A DNA stretch of 64,000 nt from a virus: IMG/VR virus record IMGVR_UViG_3300049489_001336, positions 125,880 to 189,879 of that record; one strand, 5' to 3'. Shown here piece by piece: positions 47,701 to 56,391 of the stretch (position 1 is the stretch's first letter; each line of letters opens with the position of its first letter). The notes beneath the pieces were generated by a model. That model saw nothing but the letters and a program-made list of their open reading frames with translations, was not told the DNA's origin and did not search any database. The position numbers and the translations under genes were made by a program.

Positions 47701-47949
47701 GTAATCAGCGCGAACATTATTCGCACAAATACTACTCCTAAGGGACTCGTAACTGCCGTTGACGCTGCGCGCGTTTCTATAAATGGAAATGTTTTTAGAC
47801 TGAACTCTACGGGTGCTTTTATTTCTCTAAACAATACTACGTCTAGCTCTGTAATAGGGAATATTTTACAAGGCACGTCCGGTACGGCCTCGATATCCGA
47901 TACAGGGGGTTCTAACAACGTCATTGACTTGAATACATTAACAGCCTGA
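44704..47949 (+). CDS. tail fibre/spike with C-terminal right-handed beta-helix
   Basis: 1081 aa; repeated FENCTF/FRGCVF/FEDCTF/FKRCKF coils. Confidence 0.7.
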   Translation: MGTEQKGFVDFLNGGDTGQDNIASVQPVSDNEGATQLVLRRPTENIRSRTEILRDEIEELKYYRDYGHLMIEYTGGTLDWAGPGNLADFSGGTFRISPMLAPGSAKKGSLGIGMAGVNRVIYTIATGAYATHGMNAITVEHRDGGVGTALSAQITAGPVRRILVVFDSTNTSHHATAAKAVIDAAIAADTGTPDLTGKINVTVDTADLVAITASAETRIEGTADDEVHVIQATDITALGNLAIGDGVAVWYRYLIEPDAGFGSDPKLGLAGGRAESSSTRGTSAIPSAALFKTTANPEKIPGAIPICKVASNGQLVFYDGTRVEAGATGFAFKSYQKMIVDVVAAYAAPGGAALIGYAGGNAWHDGTGNGQTTVELQLDKIVDDLADDSVTSGAKKIGLYSTNFSGALTATGGGGLISTDEDLQVALERVNTQLVARRAFTGVVTDGTTTVGGDINSATPVPTLMSTFTNGGSFMFRCGAYNIAAGVTYNDTAHWIGERAGAVTLTNSSAAEIAFTPASVTLTQSFENIYWRGTAAALSRTVFYDGNFELKNCVATAGVLIFSSSAAKTTVSIDNLQILVDDNVSDADQGVQFVGDNSKPLTGTVRNLSVKVIPAADATTDAKYALRLSNMSSYTDSSLVFENCTFSIATGFGLAGGVIVQISSCSQPVVFRGCVFACTQASATVTVLQITSSSNIIFEDCTFTQDGLGKLIDIDLSSNVHFKRCKFYTSTLAANEGDISVGYSTGTIVMDPVTFEKCHIDIRFGSSTFLRRIRLNGGAGSTQESGVCPVHLYDVSIKLNYSNTGYVNSRMFAMYSLTGVAQSIAQNLTFDLNSKELLLSNDDVIYFGGDPYQKLLVKNLELLNVREPVGTASYLVQLLRTEIDGGHIVPNANASGTRWQALFYLNAGSTLKGVRYAAINLLHGHFADVHGTETAILDNVIEGAPNTSEQGDNGYGWFVRIRDTAERTLISRNHVRLTADGNFAFSGISNVIHVMGVDCVISANIIRTNTTPKGLVTAVDAARVSINGNVFRLNSTGAFISLNNTTSSSVIGNILQGTSGTASISDTGGSNNVIDLNTLTA

Positions 47950-47954
47950 TAAAA

Positions 47955-48335
47955 ATGACAAATTTACAAAAGTATTCCATATCTAAAAAATGGAAGCGTT
48001 GGCTCCTATGGCTTCCGCTCTCCCTCGCCGTTCTTTTTTCTTTATTGATCTTGTATTGGAAATACAGGAAAAAGAACAAAGAGCTCACCGGATTGCGTAC
48101 GGAAGCCGAGATTAAACGCACGCAATTAGCCCACTTACAACACAAGCTCGATACTGAAGAAGACAAGGTTGTGTTGGAAAGGCTCAAGACTGAATTCAAT
48201 GAAACAGCCCACGCGGTGGACTTGATACAGCGCACTATTGTGAAAACCGAAGCGGATGCGCAAGCGGCTTTGAAGCAAATCGAGGCTCTTAAAACATGGG
48301 ACGACTTAGACAAATACAATCGATCGGGGCGGTAG
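47955..48335 (+). CDS. membrane-anchored coiled-coil protein (spanin-like)
   Basis: N-terminal TM (WLLWLPLSLAVLFSLLILYW) plus coiled coil. Confidence 0.5.
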   Translation: MTNLQKYSISKKWKRWLLWLPLSLAVLFSLLILYWKYRKKNKELTGLRTEAEIKRTQLAHLQHKLDTEEDKVVLERLKTEFNETAHAVDLIQRTIVKTEADAQAALKQIEALKTWDDLDKYNRSGR

Positions 48336-48787
48336 TACTTCTACTTTGTACGACTCTGCCCGTCAGTGCTTCGTCGGATGAATTTTTTAGGCTAAAGCCG
48401 TTGCCCGATAGGCTTATTCCTGAGTACACGCCTTGTACATACAAGAACAGCCAGTTTGCCTGCTTTGACAAAGCTCAAGTGCTGGAGCTCTACAGACTTG
48501 AGGTGCGTGCAAAGTACTGGCACGACCAGTGGATTAACGTCATTGACGTGGCATCTAAAAAAGACACACAGATAGGGCACTTGCAGGCGCAGATTGCTAA
48601 GTACATCGAGATGCAGCAGCAAGACCAGGTGCATATCGAAGGGCTGAACAACAAGCTTGCGGACGAGATTGAGAAAAAGAACGAATACCGCGCCCAAACA
48701 GAAAACCCGCCTACATGGCCGTATTGGCTCGGGGGCGGGCTTGCTCTGTTAGGCGTAGGTGCTTTTTTAGGCGCCCTGTTCAACTAA
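48296..48787 (+). CDS. secreted coiled-coil protein with C-terminal TM
   Basis: signal-like N-terminus, coiled coil, C-terminal WLGGGLALLGVGAFLGALF; overlaps previous gene. Confidence 0.5.
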   Translation: MGRLRQIQSIGAVVLLLCTTLPVSASSDEFFRLKPLPDRLIPEYTPCTYKNSQFACFDKAQVLELYRLEVRAKYWHDQWINVIDVASKKDTQIGHLQAQIAKYIEMQQQDQVHIEGLNNKLADEIEKKNEYRAQTENPPTWPYWLGGGLALLGVGAFLGALFN

Positions 48788-49027
48788 CACTTTCTTTTGG
48801 TCGAGTAGAGCAAACAGCTCCTCAGACGTTACGACGTCTGCAACTTCGGCGATGCTGGCGACTCGGCTCACAAAACCAGGGTCTTTGTATTGAATGAGTT
48901 GGTCTTGCGCCGCTTCTTCGTTGGCAGCTTCGACCATCGAATAGAACTGCAAACGAATGGGCGGCATCTGCGTGCCTTCCACGGTGCGGCCGACAGTAGC
49001 TTCGTGCGTAATTAGAAATTTCTTCAT
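48767..49027 (-). CDS. hypothetical protein
   Basis: start refined to ATG 49027. Confidence 0.55.
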   Translation of the reverse strand: MKKFLITHEATVGRTVEGTQMPPIRLQFYSMVEAANEEAAQDQLIQYKDPGFVSRVASIAEVADVVTSEELFALLDQKKVLVEQGA

Positions 49028-49317
49028 GGCTCTTTTACCTTTTGCAGAATATCGTCCCCGCCTGCGCCTACTGTTCGACAACTAAACTCAACCCAGCGCA
49101 CACAGTGGCTTCCTTGGAAAAAAGAAACCCGCAACCCGAGAGCCCACTCACTGGGCTCTACTGGATTTTGGGTTAGTTCATATATTGGACTAACTGTTAC
49201 TTTATCAAAGTGCGGGTGTACAGGGTGATATTCACCGACACCCAAGCTTAGATAATAGGCAGCGCGTCTCAACAATATGGGCGTAATGCCCATTCGGTGA
49301 TCGTCTTTAGTGCTCAT
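49024..49317 (-). CDS. hypothetical protein
   Basis: 4-nt overlaps on both sides. Confidence 0.5.
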   Translation of the reverse strand: MSTKDDHRMGITPILLRRAAYYLSLGVGEYHPVHPHFDKVTVSPIYELTQNPVEPSEWALGLRVSFFQGSHCVRWVEFSCRTVGAGGDDILQKVKEP

Positions 49318-49535
49318 CGAAAGGCTTCGACGCACGTTCCTTGTAGAGGTTGGAAAATAGAATCAGGCGTTTCTCGTGTGAGAGTAAGGCGGAGCGTGCG
49401 TGCACCTTCTTGGCCTTCTTCACTGAGGACGCCGATCACCTGGCCTTTTTGTACGATAAGGATTGTGTTGTCGTCTCGCTCGAAGGAGCCGTTAAGGTCG
49501 ACGGGAGTGGCGGTGGTCATACATAGTCGAAGCAT
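49314..49535 (-). CDS. hypothetical protein
   Basis: GAGG SD before ATG 49535. Confidence 0.5.
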   Translation of the reverse strand: MLRLCMTTATPVDLNGSFERDDNTILIVQKGQVIGVLSEEGQEGARTLRLTLTRETPDSIFQPLQGTCVEAFR

Positions 49536-49546
49536 GTTCAAACCTC

Positions 49547-52500
49547 TTACTTAAATACCACTTCGCAGGTTCCACCATCACAAAAGCGGTCCTCGACTTC
49601 GTGAGTGGAGAGATTTGACAAATCAAGCGGTTTTAGCTGAGCCGTATACGCGTCGTATTCCTCTTTAGTAATGACCGTCTTAGGAGGCTGTACGTACCCG
49701 TGATCTTCTCTTGGGAAGAAAGACACTCCCTTTAGGCGATGTGCGTACATCGTCAAAGCACGCCCGATTTCAGGGCCCTCAGACTCCTTGTCAAAATCCA
49801 CGCTAATAGAAACTTGATTGTCAGCCCAATGGGCCTGCATTAGCGCGGCAAGTTCCAGCTGTTCCCACATAGTGGGTGCGCGCTTTCTCGTCCGGGGATA
49901 ATGCATTGGGAAATACGCTACAACCGTATTCCTTTCATTTACCGCTTTTTCAACTCGGTAATTAGCCGCAATAAGGCGTGGAATGATTGGAGAGTCATCA
50001 TTCAAGCGAATTGCTTGAAGTTCATATTCGCCCTTAGACTCATGGATCCCCTCACGAAGACCTACTAGTTTACTTACAGTATTGTGGCTCTTGAAAGCCC
50101 CCGCGTAATACCAGTGCGTATTTTCAACTTCAATATCGTATGTGGGTTGTTTTTCTTGAATGTGTTCAATCTTAAGGACTTTACCAGGAAACAGCCTGTT
50201 GTGAGTACAGACTTCGTGATGCCAAGGCCCTTTCCCGGCCATTTTACAGCTATTGCGCATAAGCACAGCATGCGCTTCGGGAGTTACGTGTTGACTAAGC
50301 GTTAGCAACCACATGTGTTTTCTTTTGACTTGCCAGTTAGAGCCCAAGCTGTTTAAAGAGCGCCCAAAACCAAGGCCAACACTCCAAGCCACTTCTTGTA
50401 AGTGTTTGGCAAATAAGTCTTCGGCAGAGGCAAGCGTTATTTTACAACGATCCGCTAACTGAGATACACAACCATCGGAGTCAATAAGCCCTGCGATAAA
50501 CGCCAAAATATGGTCCCTAGACGACTCGCGAACTACCTTAGGGATGATATCTAGGTTATCTGCGTGATACTTATAAATGTCGTTTTTAATCAGCCAATGC
50601 CAAAGATACTTAGAACTAATATCAAAAGCGCTAGCGTCTCTGTCGGAGCATTTAACGATATTAGCAGTAACACCAAAGTTGTCGTAAATAATTCGTTGGC
50701 ATTTGTATAGATGTTCCTCGTTCTGGTCTATGAAACGAATACGATAATGGTTAGGCGACATTGCGCCGTCACCCCACAAATACCCAAGCATCCATGCGAT
50801 GTCTTCGGACATGTGTGTAGGTTGTGTAATGGGTGCGTGGTCGCATCGCATTTTAATGGCCGCAGCGTTGAGGCGCTTAAACGCAGCAGGTTCTGTTTTC
50901 GTATAACTGCCCAGCTTGAATTCAATAATGTCACCTAGACAGATCTTATCTGCGCGTACCCAGTCGTTCACAGACAACATCTTCTGTGTTCTATCATGGT
51001 CATAATTAGAGGCTACGTACCACTGGTGATTAGGTGTAGTTAGTAGCTCTATGCCGTAGCTGAGCGTGAGTTTGATAAGCTCAGATTCTCCATTGACGTA
51101 TGTTCTAGTAATACGCGATTGCGTCGCACCTTGTTGTGCAAAGATTTCTTTTTTAACGGGAGACCATTGCTGATTGTCTTCGTGATCCTCGAACAACTCT
51201 TGGAGAGTAAAAATACCCTTATCAGTGCTGGTTAAAGCGTCCCAAGGACGACAGCCGCTAGGCTTAATCGACGTCGTCTTTATGCTACGTGGAATGCAAA
51301 GCCAGTCACTGTAAATTACATCAAGCTTTTGGATGTAGTTATAACCCTTATCACACCAGTCAAGATGGTTACGCAGTCCTATTTTTTCAATATTATCTTG
51401 AATACCGGATTGACTGCAACCAATGCGCCGATTACGCAACATAACTGCGTTAGTTTCGGGGCTTTGCGTTGGTACCAGCGTTACTGTTTTTGCGTAAAGA
51501 TACGCCATTTTCAATGTGCGCTGATAATCTTCGTAATCATCACAATTACTGGGAAAAGTTTCGACTAAGCAGCAGAGCTCAAAATCTTCGAGCGTCTGCT
51601 CCATGCAGTTCGATACAAGTAAACCGCCCGTCCAATACGTATGCTCCTCCGCGTCAACCGTAAGGTCAAATACTTCCATTTCTCCGAGCATTTTTACGTC
51701 TACGATCTCATACGTTGTTTTTGGACGACTGTGTGCGTAAGGACTTACGTTTATCCTCGCATTTACTTCCGCGAGTTTTTCATTCTTATAAGGCTGAATA
51801 AATCCAATCAATGCTTGGAATTTATCTCGGTCTGTTGAAATGTTAAGGTCATAGCTCTCAACACACGTGTAAGTCCCGTTAGGGAATGTTACGGTGTGTG
51901 GTTTATTTGTTGTATAGTACGTACGAATGCCCAAAGCAGAGAGCATTTCTTGGACTTGCAAAAGAAGCTGCTTTGACGTTGTCTTAAGCGTAATTCTGTT
52001 GTTAATTACAGAACCATTAGCAGAGTAAAGTCCGCGAAGAAAGCCTCGTGTCTTTAAAGTGTCTCCGAAGTGAAAACGCTCCGGAATACAGCGCTGAGAG
52101 AGCTCCGGAAGTTCTTCAGGGGTAATTGTCGTACGTACGATGTACGATTTTTCACTCGCGTATTTATCAATAATCAGTTCTTTTATTTCGGAAGTGAAAT
52201 AAGACTGATCTTTATCGCCAACATGTAACAGCACTTGCTTATGGGGCAAATCCCGTGTTTTGGGGCTGCGCCGAGATCCGTCACCTACCACAAGCCCGTC
52301 CATCACATCTTCTACATTTAGAGGGGCTACCGTGGGCATTACAGGGCCTTGACAGACGTCGATGGCCTCTGCGTGCTTTACTTCGACTTTTTCACCGTTA
52401 GAAACTACTCGGTGATTCTCTGTACCAATAAACACCCCTGCACGGGTGTGGTACTCGAACACTTCTTTGACCCCCGTGGACCACTTATTCGTAACTTTAG

Positions 52501-53689
52501 TCCATTGGCGACCTGACCAGACCGTGTCCCCTATCTTAATATCACCGACGGTGGAAATACCTGTAGGGGTCAACACTGTCGCAAAGGCGGGTTGGCATGG
52601 GTTAGCTCCCAACGCGCGATGATCTTTATCGTTCGGGGGGTCTGCCATTCTTCCAAAGCGTTGCGCGTTTTTCAAAAAGAGATACCCAGGCTCTCCATTT
52701 AAAACAGTAAGCTGTGCAAGACGTTCAAAGTTAGAATATTCATCGACGCTAACACTGTTATTAGAAGCCCAACGAGGCCATTCAGACGCTTCTTTATTTT
52801 CTACGTAATTTTTTAAATTGAGAAATTGCTCGTCATCAGGTTCCCCGAAACCTATTTCGGCCGTCCTGCGCACCCCTCCTGCTACTACACATTCTCCAAC
52901 TGCATTAGCGACGTCCACGATATAACGGGAGTCTACAAACGTATCCGCATAAAGTTCACCTAATTTTACAATGCGGTCAGTCAACGTAGCAAGAGCTTCA
53001 GGACCCGAGGCCGTTCCTCCAAAGCCTTTAATCTTGGCTCCTTTTGGCCGTACTTGCGAATAATCCGCAATAGGAAAGGGGACACCTGAGTCGACATAAG
53101 ACTGAAGCAAGAGCCTTAGATAATCGCACCAACCTTCACGGCTATCTTCAACGGTGTGCGGGCGTTTAATGACAGGTTTGATAATCTTTACGGAGCCCGC
53201 CCCTTTGGTGTCAAAACCGACGCCGACACCTACCATCGAATTCGACATCAACCAAACAAACGGAGACGCGAACGCGTCTTTGATATTGGGGTTGCCAATA
53301 TCCTTGGTAGAGCGGAACCCGCAGTTATTAAGGCAAGCACCTCCAATTTTGAACATAATTTCGGTGCCCATCTTCGATAGGCCCCGTCCAGGCGGAAGGA
53401 ACTTAAAATTGAACATCCGCGCATACATGTCTTGGGCGCTGCGCTGCGCTTTTTCGTCATTCCAGGGTAAGTTATGCTTTAAGCAATGCCCTTTTTGAAT
53501 TCGATACGTGCCCTCAACAACCCGCGCGCATGTTTGCCACCATGCTTCCATTGAACCGTCAGGTAACTCTAAAGAGTAAGTTCTGAGATATGTGATTTCC
53601 CCCAACGCTCCAAACTTAGGAGGCGTAGCTGCATACGTAGCAAGGAAGCTTGGATTCAACGTAAAGTCAGCGCGCGGAACAAGCATCAT
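49547..53689 (-). CDS. nrdJ: class II (B12-dependent) monomeric ribonucleotide reductase with two inteins
   Basis: FLPPGRGL, CLNNC, GGVRRTA, ANPC.EQ.L, ELCCLVE, TSIKPSGT, WADNQVS; 659 aa after removing inteins. Confidence 0.93.
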   Translation of the reverse strand: MMLVPRADFTLNPSFLATYAATPPKFGALGEITYLRTYSLELPDGSMEAWWQTCARVVEGTYRIQKGHCLKHNLPWNDEKAQRSAQDMYARMFNFKFLPPGRGLSKMGTEIMFKIGGACLNNCGFRSTKDIGNPNIKDAFASPFVWLMSNSMVGVGVGFDTKGAGSVKIIKPVIKRPHTVEDSREGWCDYLRLLLQSYVDSGVPFPIADYSQVRPKGAKIKGFGGTASGPEALATLTDRIVKLGELYADTFVDSRYIVDVANAVGECVVAGGVRRTAEIGFGEPDDEQFLNLKNYVENKEASEWPRWASNNSVSVDEYSNFERLAQLTVLNGEPGYLFLKNAQRFGRMADPPNDKDHRALGANPCQPAFATVLTPTGISTVGDIKIGDTVWSGRQWTKVTNKWSTGVKEVFEYHTRAGVFIGTENHRVVSNGEKVEVKHAEAIDVCQGPVMPTVAPLNVEDVMDGLVVGDGSRRSPKTRDLPHKQVLLHVGDKDQSYFTSEIKELIIDKYASEKSYIVRTTITPEELPELSQRCIPERFHFGDTLKTRGFLRGLYSANGSVINNRITLKTTSKQLLLQVQEMLSALGIRTYYTTNKPHTVTFPNGTYTCVESYDLNISTDRDKFQALIGFIQPYKNEKLAEVNARINVSPYAHSRPKTTYEIVDVKMLGEMEVFDLTVDAEEHTYWTGGLLVSNCMEQTLEDFELCCLVETFPSNCDDYEDYQRTLKMAYLYAKTVTLVPTQSPETNAVMLRNRRIGCSQSGIQDNIEKIGLRNHLDWCDKGYNYIQKLDVIYSDWLCIPRSIKTTSIKPSGCRPWDALTSTDKGIFTLQELFEDHEDNQQWSPVKKEIFAQQGATQSRITRTYVNGESELIKLTLSYGIELLTTPNHQWYVASNYDHDRTQKMLSVNDWVRADKICLGDIIEFKLGSYTKTEPAAFKRLNAAAIKMRCDHAPITQPTHMSEDIAWMLGYLWGDGAMSPNHYRIRFIDQNEEHLYKCQRIIYDNFGVTANIVKCSDRDASAFDISSKYLWHWLIKNDIYKYHADNLDIIPKVVRESSRDHILAFIAGLIDSDGCVSQLADRCKITLASAEDLFAKHLQEVAWSVGLGFGRSLNSLGSNWQVKRKHMWLLTLSQHVTPEAHAVLMRNSCKMAGKGPWHHEVCTHNRLFPGKVLKIEHIQEKQPTYDIEVENTHWYYAGAFKSHNTVSKLVGLREGIHESKGEYELQAIRLNDDSPIIPRLIAANYRVEKAVNERNTVVAYFPMHYPRTRKRAPTMWEQLELAALMQAHWADNQVSISVDFDKESEGPEIGRALTMYAHRLKGVSFFPREDHGYVQPPKTVITKEEYDAYTAQLKPLDLSNLSTHEVEDRFCDGGTCEVVFK
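50081..51253 (-). mobile_element. intein 2 (391 aa) with LAGLIDADG homing endonuclease
   Basis: KPSG|CRPWD...KSHN|TVSK; WMLGYLWGDGA and FIAGLIDSDGC. Confidence 0.92.
51608..52597 (-). mobile_element. intein 1 (330 aa) with LAGLIDADG-like domain
   Basis: GANP|CQPAF...LVSN|CMEQ; MDGLVVGDGS and FLRGLYSANGS. Confidence 0.92.
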
Positions 53690-53696
53690 CTACCCC

Positions 53697-54257
53697 TTAT
53701 ATCGCACCCACAAAACGCTTCTTTTGCGTCTTGCGTTTCGGTTTTTTCAGGTCTTTGTTTTTCAGCGTTCTTATGACATCGAGTTGATGTCGTTTGCACG
53801 AGGACGGCCACGTTAGCTCTTTTGCGATTTGAGCAAGGCCATAGGCATCGGCAAGGTTGTTGTCTTGTATCACGACGCCCCATTGCTTCTCAATAGCAAA
53901 AATAACTTCTTCTTTTGAAGCAGAGCCTTTTGCGGTTATAAATTTCTTCAACGCTTTTGGGGCAGCTTCAAATAAAGCGTCGCCATGGTCATAAAGCGCG
54001 AGCTTGGTAACAGCTCCAACTTCACCTAGTAAAAAAGGCTTGTTAAAGCTCCCATAAGAATAGCCTTCCATCACGCCCGTAACAAAACGGCGCTCTGCAA
54101 AAATAGTCGCGTAGGCATCGCGAATAAATGCTAAACGTTCTTGGTTCTGTAGGCCCTTGGGTTCTACCAGACCAAGGTAACAGACCTCTCCTGCCTGGTT
54201 TAGGATACAAATCCCCGTATGATGCAGCGATTGGTCTATTCCAACGACGTAGGGCAT
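53697..54257 (-). CDS. ruvC: RuvC-like Holliday junction resolvase
   Basis: VVGIDQS, VMEG, LGEVG, DNNLADAYGL acidic motifs. Confidence 0.85.
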   Translation of the reverse strand: MPYVVGIDQSLHHTGICILNQAGEVCYLGLVEPKGLQNQERLAFIRDAYATIFAERRFVTGVMEGYSYGSFNKPFLLGEVGAVTKLALYDHGDALFEAAPKALKKFITAKGSASKEEVIFAIEKQWGVVIQDNNLADAYGLAQIAKELTWPSSCKRHQLDVIRTLKNKDLKKPKRKTQKKRFVGAI

Positions 54258-54291
54258 AGGCTATACTAAGTGAGCTAAAAAAGCGGGGACC

Positions 54292-55023
54292 ATGGCTAGT
54301 TATATCTCGGCAGTCTTCGAAAAGACCCACTTGGTTACAGCAGATCAAGTGCGTGTCATCGTGCGTAACCGGGATGACGGCGATGGTGCGCCGAACCCTA
54401 GCGCGTCCTACTATCCCACAGTCCCTGATGATCTTCGAGGGTTTATTGTAGGTAATTACCTCAACGATATGCAGGGGGAGTCGTTTCAACGCGTTGCGAC
54501 GTTGGCAGACGTATCTGGAGGATCCCCTCTTCCGTTGTTGTCGTTAGATTTTTTTCAAGACACCAACGCAACCTTTCTAGCAGGCCCGAACCCTGTACAA
54601 GTCAATGATATTGTAACGATCACTCTCAGTAACGCTGCTGATATTGAACGCTGGCAATCCGACGAATACAACAGCGGAAACCCTTTCAAATTTAGAGTTA
54701 AAACCGTTGCGAGTACCACGCTTCTTCAGTTTGACCGCCCATTACCATCATTCAAGACCAACCTTACCTGGTCAATTTCGGAACGCGGCAAAAGCGGCAC
54801 AACCGGCGCAACAAGGCGCGTTGTCGTTACGACACCGGGGCCCGTTTACACGGTAATATCTCCTGGTCTGTTTAGAGATACGCGTTTTAATCGCTATTTT
54901 ACGTCGGCTGTGACCGCAGAAAACGCGGTTGCTACTATGAAAACGGATATGAAGGTTTTAGCTACAGCCGATACCGGAGCCTCTCTCACCACAGAAATCG
55001 TATCCATCGGATCCAGCATATGA
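54292..55023 (+). CDS. putative virion protein
   Basis: 243 aa, start of a plus-strand trio; preceded by GCTATACT (54260-67). Confidence 0.55.
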   Translation: MASYISAVFEKTHLVTADQVRVIVRNRDDGDGAPNPSASYYPTVPDDLRGFIVGNYLNDMQGESFQRVATLADVSGGSPLPLLSLDFFQDTNATFLAGPNPVQVNDIVTITLSNAADIERWQSDEYNSGNPFKFRVKTVASTTLLQFDRPLPSFKTNLTWSISERGKSGTTGATRRVVVTTPGPVYTVISPGLFRDTRFNRYFTSAVTAENAVATMKTDMKVLATADTGASLTTEIVSIGSSI

Positions 55024-55400
55024 GCACGTCAGTACAGCTTAAAGCGTTAATGGCGAGGCAAATCCCCAGCGATGGGGTCTACGCTGTGCAGGTTGACATC
55101 ATCGATGCCGTAAATATTGACTTTGACGTGCTCGTGTTCAGCACCGAACACGACACATTTTCACATGTAGCATCCGTTTATGATTTAGAGACGTATCCCG
55201 TAGGTAAGACTACGGCAGCGGCTTTAGGTTTAGATTTTTATCGCGGGCGCGGTGCCGTTGTTAATTTTGCGACCATTAAAGACGCTACGGGTTTTGAAAC
55301 AGTTACCAAACACCGATTAAAACTACTTGCCGTAGCCTGGGCATCCATCGTAGATGCTTTCTCAGGTAGCGAAGTCGTTACAGTTAACTCTACTACGTGA
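55020..55400 (+). CDS. hypothetical protein
   Basis: 126 aa, ATGA overlap. Confidence 0.6.
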   Translation: MSTSVQLKALMARQIPSDGVYAVQVDIIDAVNIDFDVLVFSTEHDTFSHVASVYDLETYPVGKTTAAALGLDFYRGRGAVVNFATIKDATGFETVTKHRLKLLAVAWASIVDAFSGSEVVTVNSTT

Positions 55401-55407
55401 GTAAGTC

Positions 55408-56391
55408 ATGGCTGGTACACAAGTTTCAATGCAACGCAAGTCCGTCGTTGCTTCAGGTACGACACGTTATGAAATCAGCACTGCTTGCACTGTGCGTGGC
55501 ACATTGCCTGACACGAATATTTTCCTGTTAACCATACTTACGGCGGATGACCCCAAGGACGACACGTTTAGCCGCGTCTGCAATACCGCAGATTTTACAG
55601 AGTACCAGACCAATCGCGACGCTGCTGTAGACGACGCGGATGGGAGCTGGCGGTCATCGTCGATGACACTCAGTTATACAGACGTAGAAGTTGCGAACGC
55701 CGCTTGGAAAGAGCTGTCAAGCCGCATTAATTCTCTCGTTGAGAATTACGACGCCTTTTTAGAAGACTTTGAGACCTTCGATGAAGGTGAAGTCATTTCT
55801 TATCCAACGGCGGATGAATCTACAAAAACGGCTCTAAAAGACGCGTATTACGCGGCCGACACTGCATTAACCGAAGCACAAGACGCAGTTACCGAGAAGA
55901 CGGAAGAGTGTTCTTCTGACGACGAGGAAGTCGCAGAAATCGAAGCTGATTTACAGCAGGCACAGTCTGACCTCACGCAAGCATTACGTATACAAGCAAC
56001 TGTCAATGCTTGTAACGTTTCTTATGTATCTATACACACCGCGTTATTTGCTAATAATACAAGTCTTCGTAGTGCAATAACCTTGTCGGATGCAACAGAG
56101 ACACAGCAAGCAGGCATGTTGTCTACGTTGTCGCAAAATGACGCGCAATTAAACGTCTTCACCACACAGAATACTGCACTTTCCGGGGCGATAACAGACA
56201 TCACAAGTCAAGTGTCCACGCTTCAAGCGCGTGTAACTTCATTGCAGCAAGCCAAGAATACAGCCCTTGTGGACCTAAATAAATGCAGCACTGAAATCGC
56301 TAGACTCCAGGCTGCATCTACTGCCGCTCAGGAAAAGCGAGAAGCTGCGCTTGCAGCGGTTCTGGCTATTTGTCCTGATTTCGTGCCCTAA
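55408..56391 (+). CDS. coiled-coil hypothetical protein
   Basis: 327 aa, long C-terminal heptad repeat. Confidence 0.65.
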   Translation: MAGTQVSMQRKSVVASGTTRYEISTACTVRGTLPDTNIFLLTILTADDPKDDTFSRVCNTADFTEYQTNRDAAVDDADGSWRSSSMTLSYTDVEVANAAWKELSSRINSLVENYDAFLEDFETFDEGEVISYPTADESTKTALKDAYYAADTALTEAQDAVTEKTEECSSDDEEVAEIEADLQQAQSDLTQALRIQATVNACNVSYVSIHTALFANNTSLRSAITLSDATETQQAGMLSTLSQNDAQLNVFTTQNTALSGAITDITSQVSTLQARVTSLQQAKNTALVDLNKCSTEIARLQAASTAAQEKREAALAAVLAICPDFVP

